From: a virus | Lineage: Duplodnaviria > Heunggongvirae > Uroviricota > Caudoviricetes | Length of the DNA: 39,144 bases | Strand: one strand, 5' to 3' | Virus record (IMG/VR): IMGVR_UViG_2778261089_000004 | Part shown: one piece after another, positions 36,230-39,144 of the stretch | Layout of the letters: each line of letters opens with the position of its first letter | Numbering within the stretch: the stretch's first letter is position 1 | The notes under the pieces: generated by a model | What the model was told of the DNA's origin: nothing | What the model saw: the letters and a program-made list of their open reading frames with translations, nothing else | Database searches by the model: none | Position numbers and translations under genes: made by a program

Positions 36230-36424
36230 ATGATATTTAAATGTATTCAGTGCGAGAGGGATATAACAGCCCTGCGTTTTCACAGCGCCATCGCCGTGAT
36301 GTCCGGTAAATACCACGTACCTGCAGTACGCGTCACCCTGGTCTGTCCGTACTGCAGTCAGCATTTTTCGGCAGATGTGCCCGTTATGGAATTCTCCCGC
36401 CCTGACAGGGAGGAAGCGCAATGA
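36230..36424 (+). CDS. small zinc-ribbon protein (CxxC...CxxC), Com-like architecture
   Basis: 64 aa with CIQC and CPYC pairs; RBS GAGGAG before ATG. Confidence 0.5.
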   Translation: MIFKCIQCERDITALRFHSAIAVMSGKYHVPAVRVTLVCPYCSQHFSADVPVMEFSRPDREEAQ

Positions 36425-36693
36425 TTACCCCACAGGAAGCACATCAGCGCACCCGCGCCCTTGTTGAACGGTATCTCAACGAGTGTGAATGCCGTGACCT
36501 CACCGATATCATGTGCGCCCTGACGGCGTTAATCAGCATGGCCACGCAGGCCATTGTGGCGACTAACGGAAAGGAGGCCGCCCTGCAGATACTAGTGAAC
36601 ACACTCACCCACGCGGCAGAGCACGAGGTGCCGTACCGGATGGAAATCACTGCAGAAGGCGACCTGCACATCATTGTTGACCGGAAGCACTGA
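36421..36693 (+). CDS. hypothetical early protein (90 aa)
   Basis: ORF overlapping upstream stop (ATGA). Confidence 0.5.
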   Translation: MITPQEAHQRTRALVERYLNECECRDLTDIMCALTALISMATQAIVATNGKEAALQILVNTLTHAAEHEVPYRMEITAEGDLHIIVDRKH

Positions 36694-36702
36694 GGGCGCG
36701 GT

Positions 36703-36999
36703 ATGACACGGAACACCGTACACACCCGCGCCGCCCTCTACCGTCTGGCCCTGCAGCGTTTCGGGCCGGACGCACAGGCCCTGAAACTGACAGAAGAGGC
36801 CGCTGAACTGGCGGCCAGTGCCGCCCGCAATCTGAACGGACAGGGCAGCGAAAGTGACCTCGCGGCAGAGCTGGCAGACGTGGAAATCATGACAGAGCAA
36901 TTGCGCCTTCAGGGGATGGACCGGCTGATTGACTTCCACAAACAGAAAAAACTGGAACGTCTGGCTGCACGACTGGGCGTGATTTACACGAACGAGTAA
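36703..36999 (+). CDS. small all-alpha protein, possibly MazG-like nucleotide pyrophosphohydrolase domain
   Basis: 98 aa; EEAAELAASA ... ELADVEIM pattern resembles MazG/HisE-type metal-binding helices; weak. Confidence 0.4.
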   Translation: MTRNTVHTRAALYRLALQRFGPDAQALKLTEEAAELAASAARNLNGQGSESDLAAELADVEIMTEQLRLQGMDRLIDFHKQKKLERLAARLGVIYTNE

Positions 37000-37013
37000 C
37001 CGGGAGGCATTCA

Positions 37014-37229
37014 ATGGCTGACATACTCAGGGAAATCACCGCATGGACACTGATTCTTACTGGCCTGGCGACATGCCTCAGTGCGGGGGCAGCCCTGGCT
37101 GCCCTGCTGATGCACATAACAACACAGTGGTTATGGGAAAAGCTTAAAGCAGCATACAGCCTGAAAGAGCTGTCCGACGCTGTCCGGGCATGGAAACGGC
37201 AGAAAAATACCGGAGATACAGAACAATGA
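37014..37229 (+). CDS. small membrane protein (71 aa)
   Basis: Single hydrophobic helix; stop overlaps next start. Confidence 0.4.
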   Translation: MADILREITAWTLILTGLATCLSAGAALAALLMHITTQWLWEKLKAAYSLKELSDAVRAWKRQKNTGDTEQ

Positions 37230-37909
37230 CAGACCAGAATAAACACATTGAGAAACTGAAAAAGTTGCTGGCGCTGGCCGCATCCGGCAACCCGCACGAG
37301 GCCGCTCTGGCACTGCGCCGAGCCCGTAAACTGATGGATGTTCACGGCATCACACATTCCGACATTGCTATGAGTGATATTGATGAAACCATCAGTCATT
37401 ACTGGCCGACAGGCAGTCTCCGTCCACCGCGCTACATGCTGGGCCTGATGAACATCATCCGCGAGGCATTTGGTGTTAACTCCATCATTCACCCCGGCAC
37501 GCATCCGTCTGTGGGGTTCTACGGCAACCGGGAACGTACGGCACTGGCTGCATACACCTGGGAAGTGCTGGCCCGTCAGCTGAAAAAGGCGCGTCAGCAG
37601 TATATCAGTGCACAGAACAAAAGAATAAAAACCGCCACCCGCACCAGCCGTGGAGACCAGTTTGCCGAAGGCTGGGTGCTGGCCGTTATCAGTGAAATAC
37701 AGTCCTTCGCCCTGACCGATGACGAACGTGAACTGATGCAGCAGTGGCTGGAACATAAATACCCGCAGACGCAAACCACCAGGGCGCGTAAACCGGGAAG
37801 AAGCCGCAATGGCGACGCCTCGCGCTATGCGGGGTTTCGTGAAGGGCAGAACGTCAGACTGCACCGCCCGGTCAGTGGGCAGGAACAACAGAAACTGGAG
37901 GCCAGATGA
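37226..37909 (+). CDS. early protein, possibly DUF2786-like
   Basis: Start MTDQNKHIEKLKKLLALAAS overlapping upstream stop; family from memory. Confidence 0.5.
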   Translation: MTDQNKHIEKLKKLLALAASGNPHEAALALRRARKLMDVHGITHSDIAMSDIDETISHYWPTGSLRPPRYMLGLMNIIREAFGVNSIIHPGTHPSVGFYGNRERTALAAYTWEVLARQLKKARQQYISAQNKRIKTATRTSRGDQFAEGWVLAVISEIQSFALTDDERELMQQWLEHKYPQTQTTRARKPGRSRNGDASRYAGFREGQNVRLHRPVSGQEQQKLEAR

Positions 37910-38136
37910 TTACGCTATCAGGTAACAGCCGGAAATTAAAAGCCTGCCGAATATCTGCCAGATACCTTTTTGCCCGCGCCTTTTTTAAGAACGTCAGGCC
38001 GGGGATCACAATTGGTGTTATTGCCGGACGCGAACAGGTTGAAAAATACATGTCAGGTGCATGGTGGAATAACGACCCTGTCATTGCTGCCCGTAATATT
38101 CATATCAGTTGGGGGGATATTCAGAATGACTGCTGA
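37906..38136 (+). CDS. hypothetical protein (76 aa)
   Basis: ORF in operon context. Confidence 0.4.
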   Translation: MITLSGNSRKLKACRISARYLFARAFFKNVRPGITIGVIAGREQVEKYMSGAWWNNDPVIAARNIHISWGDIQNDC

Positions 38137-38341
38137 ATCTGTTGTATGTGCCCTGTTCTGGTATTGTTTTGTCGGTTGGTGTACTGCTGAACTGCACCGC
38201 CGTTCAGGGTTTTATTCACGTTACAGTGGTGCTGGCTACTGGATTAGTTGGTCGGTGATGTTCCTGTGCTGGCCTGTGGCGCTTCCTTTATATGTCGATT
38301 ATATCGGTGGCGCAGGTAAAAGGAGCAACGATGATGACTAA
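38126..38341 (+). CDS. small membrane protein (71 aa)
   Basis: RBS GGGGGGA before ATG at 38126; two hydrophobic segments. Confidence 0.4.
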   Translation: MTAESVVCALFWYCFVGWCTAELHRRSGFYSRYSGAGYWISWSVMFLCWPVALPLYVDYIGGAGKRSNDDD

Positions 38342-38783
38342 ACAACGTCTTATCCAGCTCATTCATATTGCCCGTAATGAACTGGGTATGGATGAAGACA
38401 CCTACCGCCAGATGTTACAGGGGCTGACCGGTAAAGCCTCAACCAAAGGAATGGATACCACACAACTAAACTGCGTGCTGGAATCCATGAAAAGGAAAGG
38501 CTTTCGCGTTAAGCCTGCCGGAAAAGCCAGCTCCGGTTTACCGCTGGATAACCATCCGCAGTCCAGGAAAATCCGTGCGCTATGGCTTGAAATGGCTGCT
38601 GCCGGCATTGTTCGTGACCGTTCAGAAAATGCATTAGCGCGGTGGATCAAGCGGGAAACGGGCATCAGCGCCCTGCGCTGGCTCAATACTGAACAGGCAA
38701 GTAGTGTTATTGAGAAACTGAAGAAGTGGCAGCGCAGAGCTGCGGGAGTAAAACATGAGCGACCTGAATCAGTTTCGAAGTAA
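38331..38783 (+). CDS. gemA: GemA-like protein (Mu gp16 family)
   Basis: RBS AAAGGAG before ATG; N-terminal KQRLIQLIHIARNELGMDEDTYRQML pattern typical of GemA-family proteins; directly precedes Mor-like gene as in Mu. Confidence 0.7.
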   Translation: MMTKQRLIQLIHIARNELGMDEDTYRQMLQGLTGKASTKGMDTTQLNCVLESMKRKGFRVKPAGKASSGLPLDNHPQSRKIRALWLEMAAAGIVRDRSENALARWIKRETGISALRWLNTEQASSVIEKLKKWQRRAAGVKHERPESVSK

Positions 38784-39144
38784 AGGGCCGGAACTCCTGG
38801 TGGAACTGGCACAGCATACCTCTGAGACCGTTCGCGAGATTATTGATATTGAGCCCGCAATTGCCGACCAGATTGGTCAGGCCGTCGCGAACCGCATGAT
38901 GCAGGTCTGGGGCGGGCAAAACGTTTATTTCCCGATGGGCATGGTATGGAAGGTCAGTCAGCGCGACCGGGAAATCTTCAGGGAGTTTAACGGACGTAAC
39001 CACCATGAACTGGCCCGCAAATTTGGTGTTTCGCTTCAGTGGGTCTACAGCGTGGTTAAGCGGGTAAGAAAAGAAGAACTGGATCGGATGCAGGGCAAGC
39101 TATTTGCTGATGAACCCGATGTAGATACGGAGAAAAAAGAGTAA
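38755..39144 (+). CDS. mor: Mor/C-family transcriptional activator of middle/late genes
   Basis: 129 aa; C-terminal HTH HELARKFGVSLQWVYSVVKR as in Mu Mor and C; RBS GGGAG; stop codon ends the window. Confidence 0.8.
   Translation: MSDLNQFRSKGPELLVELAQHTSETVREIIDIEPAIADQIGQAVANRMMQVWGGQNVYFPMGMVWKVSQRDREIFREFNGRNHHELARKFGVSLQWVYSVVKRVRKEELDRMQGKLFADEPDVDTEKKE

Larger units (their letters stand above)
3133..39144. mobile_element. Mu-like transposable prophage, partial in window (late module minus strand, early module plus strand); early-side terminus lies beyond 39144, late-side terminus near 3050-3130 or further left
   Basis: Contiguous set of Mu-type genes: DDE transposase plus AAA+ ATPase, Gam, GemA, Mor, lysis cassette, terminase, portal, Mu F/G/I/T head genes, contractile tail, Gin-invertible tail fibre segment. 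Boundaries are inferred, not demonstrated. Confidence 0.85.

Noticed and set aside
36887-37888. 333-aa minus-strand ORF
   Set aside because: Antisense across several short, tightly coupled plus-strand early genes; Cys/His-rich low-complexity translation.
1-39144. CRISPR arrays, tRNA or rRNA genes
   Set aside because: No regularly spaced direct repeats and no cloverleaf-like or rRNA-like stretches noticed by eye; a tRNA scan would be needed to exclude a tRNA fully.

Overview
The window is dominated by one nearly complete Mu-like transposable prophage (about 3.1 kb to the window end at 39144, continuing beyond it). The late/structural module is on the minus strand (27355 down to about 3133): holin-like protein, SLT-domain endolysin, Rz with embedded Rz1, terminase, portal, Mu F/G/I/T-type head genes, a Mu/P2-type contractile tail, a tail fibre whose C-terminus lies in a Gin-invertible segment (inverted gix-like sites at 3760-3785 and 5654-5679), and a gin-like invertase. 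The early module is on the plus strand (30566 to 39144): Ner-like regulator, DDE transposase, AAA+ transposition ATPase, Gam, GemA and a Mor/C-family activator, with the XRE-type repressor divergent at 30067-30477. Early and late blocks diverge from a central accessory region (27356-30066) instead of following Mu's colinear order; from memory this resembles BcepMu-type phages. The two most interesting loci are (a) the central accessory region: a plus-strand P-loop NTPase, a 71-aa protein and an orphan Dam methyltransferase, plus a low-GC lipoprotein gene co-oriented downstream of the repressor; and (b) a tightly packed three-gene cassette of unknown function at 1-3013, just past gin where Mu carries mom (membrane protein with PstS-like periplasmic domain plus two Cys-rich proteins). 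I could not decide from sequence alone whether cassette (b) is prophage cargo or flanking host DNA. No tRNA, rRNA or CRISPR array was seen. All family assignments are from reading the translations and from memory, not from database searches.
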